Of a stretch of DNA of 64,000 bases, positions 53,429 through 61,786 are shown one piece after another (position 1 is the first letter of the stretch; each line of letters starts with the position of its first letter). Below the pieces are notes generated by a model. The model was not told the origin of the DNA. It was given only the letters and a program-made list of their open reading frames with translations, and ran no database searches. The stretch lies in the NCBI GenBank assembly GCA_964588525.1, contig CAZPQC010000002.1:9721-73720 (forward strand), read 5' to 3'. A program made the translations under genes and the position numbers. Origin of the DNA: an uncultured Spirochaetaceae bacterium. GTDB lineage: Bacteria; Spirochaetota; Spirochaetia; SZUA-6; DRHE01.

Positions 53429-55723
53429 TTGTTGTACAATAGGTCCAACAGAGAGAGGTCCGAATCTTTGAGATCCAAGCGCCCGCAGAAGGAAGAGCTG
53501 TTCGATCAAGCAACGAGGCAGAGTGAGGGGGAGCAGCCCCTGGCAGCCCGTATGCGGCCCAGCACCCTGGATGAGTTCGTCGGGCAGGAGCACATACTCG
53601 GACACGGGAGACTGCTGCGACGGGCGATTCAGGCGGATCAGCTATCCTCCCTGATCTTTTACGGCCCGCCGGGAACCGGAAAGACCACCCTGGCCCGGGT
53701 GATTGCAAACTCCACTAAAAGTCAATTTTTCAGCATCAACGCCGTGCTTGCCGGGGTCAAAGAGATCCGCCAAAGCACCGGGGAGGCGGAGGAACGGCGC
53801 AAGCTCTACGGGCGGCGCACCATCCTCTTCGTGGACGAGGTGCATCGCTGGAACAAGGCGCAGCAGGACGCCCTGCTGCCCTGGGTGGAAAACGGCACCA
53901 TCGTTTTCATCGGGGCCACGACCCTCAATCCCTTCTTCGAGGTCAACCCGGCCCTGGTAAGCCGATCCCGCATCTTTCAGCTCAAGCCGCTGCGGCCGGA
54001 AGACCTGCACGCCATCGCCGAACGGACGCTCGCGGATGAAGAGCGGGGCTACGGCGCCTACAAGGTGAAATTCGATCGTGAGGCCCTCGATCACCTGGTG
54101 GATGTTTCCGGAGGAGATGCCCGTACCCTGCTCAATGCGATCGAGCTGGCAGTGGAAACCACGCCCGAGCATTTCCCCCCTCCGGAGGGACAATCGATTC
54201 ACATCACCCTGGATATCGCCGAGGAGAGCATCCAGCGGAGGGTAGTTCTCTACGACAAGGAGGGGGATTACCACTTCGATACGATCAGCGCCTTCATCAA
54301 GAGCCTGCGGGGTTCTGACGTCGATGCCGCCCTGTACTGGCTGGCCCGAATGGTATACGCCGGGGAGGATCCCCGCTTCATATTCCGCCGTATGCTGATC
54401 TTCGCCTCGGAGGATGTGGGTCTGGCCGATCCGAATGCCCTGGTCGTTACCCAGGCGGCGGCCGCAGCCTTCGAGAGGGTGGGGCTTCCAGAGGGGCGTT
54501 TCCATCTGGCCCAGGCCGTGCTCTACCTGTCCACGGCTCCCAAGTCCAATACCAGCATGGCCTTCTTCGACGCTCTGGATGTGGTGGAGACCGAGCAGGC
54601 CGGGGAGGTTCCCAATCACCTCAAGGATGCCAGCCGTGACAAGGAGGGATTCGGCCACGGGGAGGGTTACCTCTACCCTCACGCCTACCGGGAGCACTGG
54701 GTGGCGCAGCAGTACCTGCCAGACGCCCTGCAGGGCAAGGTCTTCTACCAGCCCTCGGATCAGGGTTATGAGAAGTCCATTCGCGAACAGGTTCGCCGCC
54801 GGCGGGAAGCCCAACTGGAGGCCATGATGGAGGTGGATCGCCGCGGCACGGAGATCTTGACTTTCAGCAAGGGAAGCAGGGTTCGAGACCTGTGGCTGGA
54901 GCGGGCGGTCAGCCGGACCAGCGAACAGCTTGCGATGATCCGGGAGTTACTTTTTGCCCCCCTCTTACTCTCACGCCACCATCTGCTGTTGGATCTCAAG
55001 GCCGGGGAAGGGCTTCTTACCTGGGAAGCCCTGCGGCGGGTCCCGGAGGGAGGGGTTTGGTCTCTGAGCGACGATCCGAACGCCGCCTCGCTCTTGGAGA
55101 GCAGAGCCCAAGCCCTCTCGGAGCTGGAGCGGCCGCAGGTACTGGTCGGGGCCCTGAAAGCGCTCCCCGAGCTGCTGGAACGTAGCGACGGGGGAAAGGT
55201 ACGTTTCGATGCCGCGGTGGGGCGTAATGCCCTGTTCCGGGAGCCGGATAAGGCGGGCAGCCTGAACGCAATATCTGCGGCACTCCGACCCGGGGGGCAA
55301 ATCTCCCTGGCCGAGGTTGTGCCATCCAAGGGAATGAGGCTCTCCGAGCTGCTGGATCTGCAATCCGAGAGTGAGGCGTTTCGAAAGAAGCTCAACAAGG
55401 CGGAAGAGACGATTTATACGGATGCGAACAATCCCCTTGTTAATTGGTCGGTCGACGATTTCTGCGGGATCGTGGAAAATGCCGGCTTCAACGTTCTGAA
55501 GAGGGACATCCAACGATTTGCCGATCGCCGAACAATCCGATCCGAAGATATCGAGCGTTGGTTCGCCCCGCGAAGCGGAAGTTACGGGGATCGAGCTTCC
55601 GCGTTGCTGAGCTCGACCGAGCTCGAGCACCTCCGGAAGATCTGTTCAGATCAGCTCAGCGGCCGGGAGGTCGCCTGGTATTCTACCGTACTGTTTGTAA
55701 GCGCTGAGAAAAAGAAGGGTTGA
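53429..55723 (+). CDS. rarA: RarA/MgsA AAA+ ATPase fused to a ~300-aa C-terminal class-I methyltransferase-like domain
   Basis: Walker A (GPPGTGKTT) and Walker B (LFVDEVHRWNK) motifs and the MgsA C-terminal domain are present. They are followed by LLDLKAGEG...FDAAVGRNAL...LRPGGQISL. An alternative TTG start lies at 53468. Confidence 0.85.
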   Translation: MLYNRSNRERSESLRSKRPQKEELFDQATRQSEGEQPLAARMRPSTLDEFVGQEHILGHGRLLRRAIQADQLSSLIFYGPPGTGKTTLARVIANSTKSQFFSINAVLAGVKEIRQSTGEAEERRKLYGRRTILFVDEVHRWNKAQQDALLPWVENGTIVFIGATTLNPFFEVNPALVSRSRIFQLKPLRPEDLHAIAERTLADEERGYGAYKVKFDREALDHLVDVSGGDARTLLNAIELAVETTPEHFPPPEGQSIHITLDIAEESIQRRVVLYDKEGDYHFDTISAFIKSLRGSDVDAALYWLARMVYAGEDPRFIFRRMLIFASEDVGLADPNALVVTQAAAAAFERVGLPEGRFHLAQAVLYLSTAPKSNTSMAFFDALDVVETEQAGEVPNHLKDASRDKEGFGHGEGYLYPHAYREHWVAQQYLPDALQGKVFYQPSDQGYEKSIREQVRRRREAQLEAMMEVDRRGTEILTFSKGSRVRDLWLERAVSRTSEQLAMIRELLFAPLLLSRHHLLLDLKAGEGLLTWEALRRVPEGGVWSLSDDPNAASLLESRAQALSELERPQVLVGALKALPELLERSDGGKVRFDAAVGRNALFREPDKAGSLNAISAALRPGGQISLAEVVPSKGMRLSELLDLQSESEAFRKKLNKAEETIYTDANNPLVNWSVDDFCGIVENAGFNVLKRDIQRFADRRTIRSEDIERWFAPRSGSYGDRASALLSSTELEHLRKICSDQLSGREVAWYSTVLFVSAEKKKG

Positions 55724-55749
55724 TTCGCCTGAGCCCTGTAAGTTTGGTT

Positions 55750-57069
55750 CTACTGGCCATTCATACCGCCGGCCAGATTTCCCGAAGGAATGGTGCCGAA
55801 GAAGCTCGTAAGCAGGGCGCTCAATCCCCGTTTTAGGGAACTGTAGGAGAAGTACTTCTTTCCCAGCTCGAAGTTACGCTCGACCATGACCCGGCGGCGA
55901 TCAGGGTCGATCAGCACCTCTTCCACCTGCCGCACCGCCTTCTCGGTGAGGAAGCCATCGATGGCTACAACATCGAATCCCTTGGGCTCGATATCCACGA
56001 TATACACCGAGTAACGGTTCACCAACAGAGGTTTCTTGAACAGGATGGCCTCCAAGAAGGCGTTGCCGAACCCTTCGTAGAGGCTCGGATAGGTGATCAG
56101 GTCAGTGTGGGGGTAGACGTCCCACAGTGTGTAGACCTTACGGCCGTCCGGTGTTTGGGTGCGCTCTTCGTAGAGCCGGTTGTAGATGAAATGGATCGGA
56201 ACCTTTTGGCGCTGGGCGGTGTCCTTGATCCAGTTGAAGTATTCCTGTCCCTCGTCTCCCGGTGAATGGGAGATCAGGAGATTCAGGTTGGGGACCCGCA
56301 GGCGTTCCACCAGGTAGAGAGCCTGCTCGATGCCTTTACGGGACACGATGCGGGTTGGCTGCAGCACCAGAACATCCTGATCGCTGAAGCCCATGTCCGC
56401 ACGAAGGTTCTTGTTGTACTCGTCGATCCCCGTCTTTGCTCGGTCGAAGTCGATTACATTGTAGATCAGATGGGAGGAGATTCCGGTTTTAGCAGCCAGA
56501 TCCTTCTGAGCCACTGTGTTGATCACCACGTGCTTCATGGAGGGCAGGTCGGGGGGAAAGGCCATGTCCAGGATTTCGGGAATCGCGTTGAGCAGGAACC
56601 GGGGCCGTTCCCAGTAGAAGTCGTGATGATGGCCGATCGCCGGAACACCCGTCTCGGCGATAACCTCGGTCAGAGCTACCCCCAGGGGGATGTGCATCGG
56701 TATAGCCAGCACATTCTCGGCTACCAGAAGGTCGATGTTGAACCGCTCGAGAAAGGCGTAGATCTTCTCCTTCAGGTATTCTTTTTCTTTGTAGATCCGA
56801 TCGGTTACGGTGCGGGCGCGGGTCTGCACCCCGAACAGCTCTCGGGACAGGGCGATGTTGTCGGGGTGTTGGAAAAAAGCCTCCGGCACCAGCATGCTCG
56901 CTTGGGGGTCCTTGTCCAGCTCCCCGGCGAACCAGAAACAGCTGTGGTGAAAACCCTCGAAGATCTCCGCCCACTTGCTCGACTCCAAGGACACCCCGTC
57001 CATACCTTTGAAACGGGTGGAGACGAAGCCGATGTTGAGGGATTTGGCTCGTTTGTGCTTGTTCTTCAT
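55750..57069 (-). CDS. GT4-like glycosyltransferase
   Basis: About 439 aa from the ATG at 57069. It has an N-terminal IGFVSTRFKGMDGVSLES segment and a C-terminal EGFGNAFLEA motif. Confidence 0.85.
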   Translation of the reverse strand: MKNKHKRAKSLNIGFVSTRFKGMDGVSLESSKWAEIFEGFHHSCFWFAGELDKDPQASMLVPEAFFQHPDNIALSRELFGVQTRARTVTDRIYKEKEYLKEKIYAFLERFNIDLLVAENVLAIPMHIPLGVALTEVIAETGVPAIGHHHDFYWERPRFLLNAIPEILDMAFPPDLPSMKHVVINTVAQKDLAAKTGISSHLIYNVIDFDRAKTGIDEYNKNLRADMGFSDQDVLVLQPTRIVSRKGIEQALYLVERLRVPNLNLLISHSPGDEGQEYFNWIKDTAQRQKVPIHFIYNRLYEERTQTPDGRKVYTLWDVYPHTDLITYPSLYEGFGNAFLEAILFKKPLLVNRYSVYIVDIEPKGFDVVAIDGFLTEKAVRQVEEVLIDPDRRRVMVERNFELGKKYFSYSSLKRGLSALLTSFFGTIPSGNLAGGMNGQ

Positions 57070-57145
57070 CGCGCCCGTTATACCTGCTGAAAGTACATCA
57101 AGCCGCAGAGGATCGTCAAGGTGGTCACCCTCGCCTACGCTCGGC

Positions 57146-57174
57146 TTGAAAATCGCGGTGGGCGGTCGTATCAT
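57146..57174 (+). promoter_or_regulatory. Sigma70-type promoter immediately upstream of the beta-propeller gene (very short or no leader)
   Basis: TTGAAA (57146-57151), a 17-nt spacer, then TATCAT (57169-57174). The GTG at 57177 and ATG at 57183 follow directly. Confidence 0.35.
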
Positions 57175-57176
57175 GG

Positions 57177-58877
57177 GTGCGCATGAGATCTGTCGCCTTC
57201 ATTCTCGTTTTTTTAACACTTCTGGGACTCGCGTCAGCCAGCGCGGAGGAGCAGCCCTACGAGCTCGCCTGGCGCTACGTCACGGGCGGACGGGTGGTGG
57301 CGAAGCCGGCGGTCGACCACCGTGGAACGATCTATATCCTGTCCGATGACAGAACCCTCTACGCTCTCTCGGCTCTGGGTCGCGAGCGTTGGCGTTATCC
57401 GGTGGGGCGAAAACTGTCGGCCGGGCCGGTGGTGACCTATGACGGCACGGTCCTGCTCGGTACCCAAAGCGGGATCCTCATGGCCACGGGAGCCAACGGG
57501 CGTTTGCATTGGATGTTTTCACCCAGAACGGGCGGTTGTCTGAACCCCGCTGTGGGATCAGACGGTTCGATCGTACTGGCCACGACAAGCGGGATGATCT
57601 ACTGTCTCAGCTACACCGGGAAGGAACGCTGGCGATATCAGGTGCGCGCGGAGCTGGCCTCCAGCCCTTCGATCGGCGAGGACGGGACGGTCTATGTCGG
57701 GACCACGGACCGTCGTCTCCTGGCTCTGAACCGGGACGGCAGCAACAAATGGGAGATCGAGCTTCCCGCTTCCGTGGGCACACCGGCGATCGGTCACGAG
57801 GGTACCCTGTACGTAAGCGCCGCGGGGATCCATCGAATTTCACCGCAAGGGGTATTGCTGTGGAGCTATGCGATCCCTGCCGATACCTCCGATCCGGTGC
57901 TCCGTTCTGATGGGGCGATCATCGCTGGTGCGGGCAACGGAAGGCTCTACGCGATCGACCCGGAGGGACGGCTGATCTGGAGCAGCTCCCTCCGCGTTCC
58001 CATCCTCTTCCCGGCCGTGCTCGGGGATGACGGTACCGCCTACGTCTCCACCGCTTCCACGCAAATCGCCGCCGTCTCCGGCAACGGGTTGATTCTCTGG
58101 CGTTTCCGGGCGAAGCAGTCTGTCGGCATTCCCACCATCGGAAAGGACGGGATTGTGCTCGTTGGTGCGGAGGACTGGATCCTCTACGCGTTGTCCGCCG
58201 GTTCGACGGGTCTGTCTGAAAGCCCCTGGCCACAGGCGTATCATGACGGGCAGCACACCGGCCGGGCCAACGCCCTGACGGACCTGGACAGCCCCGCGGC
58301 GGTACTGCTTCGGGAACTGGCCTATTCCGACTCGCCGGAGCTGAAGCGGATGGCACTTGGGGACATCGAAGCGCACCTCGAGGGGAGGCGCTATCTGGAC
58401 GTTCATCTGGTGGTGCTGGAAGAGGTTCTCGGGTATCTGGCCGGGGAGGGCGTGATCTACCGCAGCTCGACGAGCGCTGCAGCAGGTCTGAGCGATCCGC
58501 AGATCAGAATCGAAGCCTGCTCGCTCCTCGGGGAGCTGGGCTCCGAGGGAGCAAGAGCGGTGTTGTTACAGGTGATGGCCGCCGATGAAGATAGTGAGAT
58601 CAGAGTAGCGGCTGTCGACTCGCTGGCAACCATAGGTTTTGATCCGGATGGCGAGCTGGCCCGTGCTATACTGTATAAAGTGGGGGAGACCGGACAGGAA
58701 CGTTTTCATCTGGCCTGTGCCCGGGCCCTCTATCGGATCATCATGAGCTCGGAGACTGCCGTTCATCCGGACAACTATCGCGCTTTGGCTGCATTGGCGC
58801 AGAGGGATGCATCGGTGAGCGTGCGGGAACGCGCCTCCGGATATCTGCGCGATCTTTCCCAACGGTGGAGACGGTGA
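57177..58877 (+). CDS. Secreted PQQ-like/BamB-like beta-propeller repeat protein with a C-terminal HEAT-like repeat region
   Basis: It has a signal peptide (VAFILVFLTLLGLASASA) and repeated DGT.Y.G.....L.A. blades. The C-terminal region is helical repeats. Confidence 0.8.
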   Translation: MRMRSVAFILVFLTLLGLASASAEEQPYELAWRYVTGGRVVAKPAVDHRGTIYILSDDRTLYALSALGRERWRYPVGRKLSAGPVVTYDGTVLLGTQSGILMATGANGRLHWMFSPRTGGCLNPAVGSDGSIVLATTSGMIYCLSYTGKERWRYQVRAELASSPSIGEDGTVYVGTTDRRLLALNRDGSNKWEIELPASVGTPAIGHEGTLYVSAAGIHRISPQGVLLWSYAIPADTSDPVLRSDGAIIAGAGNGRLYAIDPEGRLIWSSSLRVPILFPAVLGDDGTAYVSTASTQIAAVSGNGLILWRFRAKQSVGIPTIGKDGIVLVGAEDWILYALSAGSTGLSESPWPQAYHDGQHTGRANALTDLDSPAAVLLRELAYSDSPELKRMALGDIEAHLEGRRYLDVHLVVLEEVLGYLAGEGVIYRSSTSAAAGLSDPQIRIEACSLLGELGSEGARAVLLQVMAADEDSEIRVAAVDSLATIGFDPDGELARAILYKVGETGQERFHLACARALYRIIMSSETAVHPDNYRALAALAQRDASVSVRERASGYLRDLSQRWRR

Positions 58878-58900
58878 GAGGAGTAGGCGGTGAGAGGAGT
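58873..58900 (+). repeat. Tandem duplication of an SD-containing 12-mer (GGTGAGAGGAGT twice, 4 nt apart)
   Basis: The copies are at 58873-58884 and 58889-58900. They span the upstream gene's stop codon and precede the ATG at 58907. Confidence 0.7.
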
Positions 58901-58906
58901 TGCGGT

Positions 58907-60397
58907 ATGAAAAAAGCGATGTTGTCGATCCTGGTATTTCTGTTGGTAATGGGATTATACGCCCAAGATGTGGCCGAGGAGGAGCTTCGGAGCGTAGATC
59001 GGGAGATCGTATTCATCAACTACGAAGGGCCCTACGATCGCATCGACACTGCGGATGAGATCAAAGGCCTGGGCTGGTATCTGGCCAGTGTCATAGGCCA
59101 GAACAAAGAGCGGGCTTCTTTCCTGTTCAAATACTCGGTAATCCGAGCGATAGATCCGGCGGAGCAGGGGAAGTTCGATGCGGATATCTTCTCCATCGAT
59201 CGGGATGCCAAAGTCGATCACATCGATAATGTCCGCCGGATCCTGGCCGGGTATCTGGAAGGAGTCTTCGACTACTCCGCGGAGGATGCCCGCACCCTGG
59301 CCCGCTTTGCCACGATCTACAACGCCGTGTACAGAGCACAGCTGGAGTACTTGTCCGATAAGTACAAATCCCTGGTCCTCTCCTACCTGAACAGGCAGAA
59401 CGCGGGGCTGTCGACCAAGTACTTCGAATGGCCGGGAGCAACCAGGATGCTCATTCCTCTGACAACGGGGGCTGGAAAGGGTGTGCTGGGTTCTCTGAGC
59501 ACCACCGAGCTGACCGAGGAGAAGGTCATCGAGGAGATGCGTCAGCAGGAAGACATGGGTCTTGAAGACCGCAAGGATATGGTGGAGCTCAAGGAGCGGG
59601 AAGTAGAGGAGAAGATGGACCAGCTCGGCGAGCAGAAAGCCGAAGTCGAGAAAGCCGAGGAAGAGCTAACCGAGAGCAGAGAGCAGCTGGAGGAGGCCCG
59701 CACCCAGACGGAGCGGGAGCGCCTGGAGGCGGAAGTCGCCGAGCGGGAAGGGGAGGTACGGGAACGAGAAGCGGCGGTTGCGGAAACCGAAGCAGCAATC
59801 GAGGCCAAGGAGGGGGAGATCGCCGAGGAACGGGAGCAGATCATCGCCGATGAACGCGCTCAGGACAGACGCCCCCAGAGACCGGGCACCTTCGTCTTCT
59901 CCGATCAGCTGTACTACCTCAAGGTCCGGCCACGCGCCACCGACGGTTCGGTCACCGGCACGCTGCACATCCTGGATCCGGTGGCCTCGGACGTACAGAT
60001 TTCTTCTCCGGTCAGCCACATCCGGGGGCGGACCTTCTACTTCTTCAAGAGCTCGATCCTCGTGGTCGGCCATGAAAGCAGCGCCGCCTCCCCGGCTCGG
60101 CTGATGCTCCTCGAGCCGCTCACCCTGAAGGAAACCACACGCAGCTGGGAGGAGATCTATCCCGAGAGCTACGTGCTGCTCCAGGCCAGCTCGATCTATG
60201 CGGTGTTCCAGTCGGGGGGTGAGTACCGCCTGGGTCGTTTTGACGAGGCACTTCAGCTGATCAGCCAGTCCGAGGAAGTCGTGGACAGGGACAGCGCCTT
60301 CTTCCTGTTCGGAGACAAGATATACATCAATTCCGGCACCCGGGACATCCTGGTTCTGAACCGGGAGGATCTAAAGCGGCAGGGTCTGATCCGCTGA
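58907..60397 (+). CDS. P83/100-family spirochaetal envelope protein with a Glu-rich coiled-coil centre
   Basis: It has a signal peptide. FINYEGPYDRIDTADEIKGLGWYLA, RRILAGYL..FDYS and TIYNAVYRAQLEY match my recollection of the Borrelia P83/100 N-terminal region. Confidence 0.8.
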   Translation: MKKAMLSILVFLLVMGLYAQDVAEEELRSVDREIVFINYEGPYDRIDTADEIKGLGWYLASVIGQNKERASFLFKYSVIRAIDPAEQGKFDADIFSIDRDAKVDHIDNVRRILAGYLEGVFDYSAEDARTLARFATIYNAVYRAQLEYLSDKYKSLVLSYLNRQNAGLSTKYFEWPGATRMLIPLTTGAGKGVLGSLSTTELTEEKVIEEMRQQEDMGLEDRKDMVELKEREVEEKMDQLGEQKAEVEKAEEELTESREQLEEARTQTERERLEAEVAEREGEVREREAAVAETEAAIEAKEGEIAEEREQIIADERAQDRRPQRPGTFVFSDQLYYLKVRPRATDGSVTGTLHILDPVASDVQISSPVSHIRGRTFYFFKSSILVVGHESSAASPARLMLLEPLTLKETTRSWEEIYPESYVLLQASSIYAVFQSGGEYRLGRFDEALQLISQSEEVVDRDSAFFLFGDKIYINSGTRDILVLNREDLKRQGLIR

Positions 60398-60405
60398 TTT
60401 AGTCT

Positions 60406-61089
60406 TTGGTGAGCTCTGCAGATAGGTCTCCCTTCTCGTCCGCGTGCGCTTTACAGATAAATCTCTATGTGTTTTATGATGGGCCGACGTATGGGAGCAT
60501 GCAGAATCTGCCTTCGGATGCCATAACGACCGCGGCCGGGATTGATTTCTTCCAGGACGACGGAACCCCCGTTACTTTAACCGTGGGACAAGTTAGCGCT
60601 CTCAGTGTTCATTATGCCGTACAACAGTTTCCGTTCAGTTTCTCCGTGCCTGTTTCGTATGTATTCTCGATTGGCTATAAAATGAACATATCCGCCGGGA
60701 TCGGTCCATCGATACAGGCAATCCAGTACATTCAAACGTACGATGATCTTCCCGTCATGATAGGCAGTTTCGTGGCTCAAAGGAGAAAGGAGATCCAGAT
60801 GTGGTTTGTGGGTTTGGGAGTGTTGGCCAATCTGGAGCTGGAGTACTTTTTCCTTCCTCGACTGGTTCTGAACGTCGGACTAAGCTGGCTGCAGAGCTTC
60901 ACCTTGCCGCAGCGTGAAAGAGAAGCCAAATCGGTCGACAGCGGTGAGTACTACTACTCTCGGGAGGATGTCTCCTACGAGGCGTTCGGGCTCGATCCCT
61001 TTCGGCTCACCAACGGGGATGAACTGGACCATACTCTGTACAATTCCAGCTACGGCAAATTTTATGTAGGAATTTCTCTGTATTTATAG
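60406..61089 (+). CDS. Hypothetical beta-strand-rich protein (possible outer-membrane beta-barrel) with no recognisable signal peptide
   Basis: Hydrophobic residues alternate in the sequence and the C-terminus is aromatic (FYVGISLYL). It has a TTG start and looks lower in GC. Confidence 0.4.
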   Translation: MVSSADRSPFSSACALQINLYVFYDGPTYGSMQNLPSDAITTAAGIDFFQDDGTPVTLTVGQVSALSVHYAVQQFPFSFSVPVSYVFSIGYKMNISAGIGPSIQAIQYIQTYDDLPVMIGSFVAQRRKEIQMWFVGLGVLANLELEYFFLPRLVLNVGLSWLQSFTLPQREREAKSVDSGEYYYSREDVSYEAFGLDPFRLTNGDELDHTLYNSSYGKFYVGISLYL

Positions 61090-61326
61090 GATTGAATCCC
61101 CATCACGTTCACGCCGAGATGAATTTTTTAATCCCCTCAATATAGGTTGGCAGTTGACATCTATCATCCGGCCAATGATTCTTTCGAGAAACCGTTCCGC
61201 CACTGCTTCGTTTTTGAAATCCGCGAGGTAATCCGATAGATCGAGTTGCGCCAATTCTCGGAGCTTTTCGAGATCTTGCAGAATGAGGCTGACCTTACGC
61301 TCTACGAGCTCACGGTTAACTGCCAT
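61084..61326 (-). CDS. hepT: Truncated HepT-like (DUF86) toxin lacking the C-terminal Rx4HxY region
   Basis: The first ~58 aa match the DUF86 N-terminal pattern (NRELVERK...LSDYLADFKNEAVAERFLERIIGRMIDV). The ORF ends after only 80 aa. Confidence 0.55.
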   Translation of the reverse strand: MAVNRELVERKVSLILQDLEKLRELAQLDLSDYLADFKNEAVAERFLERIIGRMIDVNCQPILRGLKNSSRRERDGDSIL

Positions 61327-61723
61327 CTTTCAACCGAGCCAATCGTCGTGAATTGAGTTGGGCTTCCATTTGCAGATAGGGTTTGAAATCCTGATAGCGG
61401 TGAAAAGCACGGATGCGGAAGTTGTGATAATCCGTTTCAGCGCCGGCTAACAACCGGCATTCCTTGTTCACCTCGTTCAGCAGCAGAGGATCGGCGCGAT
61501 TAAGGTTCACGAGATCCAACTCGTGATGGGGGAACACCTTTTGAAGTTCCGCGGCTACATCCAATGGTTTCTGCTCTCCTTCGTATAGTACGCCTAAATC
61601 CAGATCGCTTTCCTGATGAACGATTCCCCTGATCTGCGAACCAAACGCCAGGATGAGCCGGATCCCATATTTTTTCCGGATACATTCGAGTTGTTGTTGC
61701 TGAGTCGTCTCCATTTCGAGCAC
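61316..61723 (-). CDS. mntA: MntA-type nucleotidyltransferase antitoxin
   Basis: The GSQIRG...SDLDLGV (GSx10DxD) motif is present. The start is GTG 61723 or ATG 61714. It overlaps the hepT start by 11 nt. A TTGACG-17-TAGCAT promoter lies at 61729-61757 (minus strand). Confidence 0.8.
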   Translation of the reverse strand: MLEMETTQQQQLECIRKKYGIRLILAFGSQIRGIVHQESDLDLGVLYEGEQKPLDVAAELQKVFPHHELDLVNLNRADPLLLNEVNKECRLLAGAETDYHNFRIRAFHRYQDFKPYLQMEAQLNSRRLARLKDGS

Positions 61724-61786
61724 ATCTCATGCTACTGTGTCTGGATTGCGGCGTCAACGGCTCGAGCCGCTGCTGAGCGCTGACAG

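Noticed and set aside
59540-59850. Possible DNA tandem repeat or CRISPR-like array in the GAG/GAA-rich stretch.
   Set aside because: There are no regular repeat-spacer units. It is a Glu/Arg/Ala-rich coiled-coil coding region of the P83/100-family gene.
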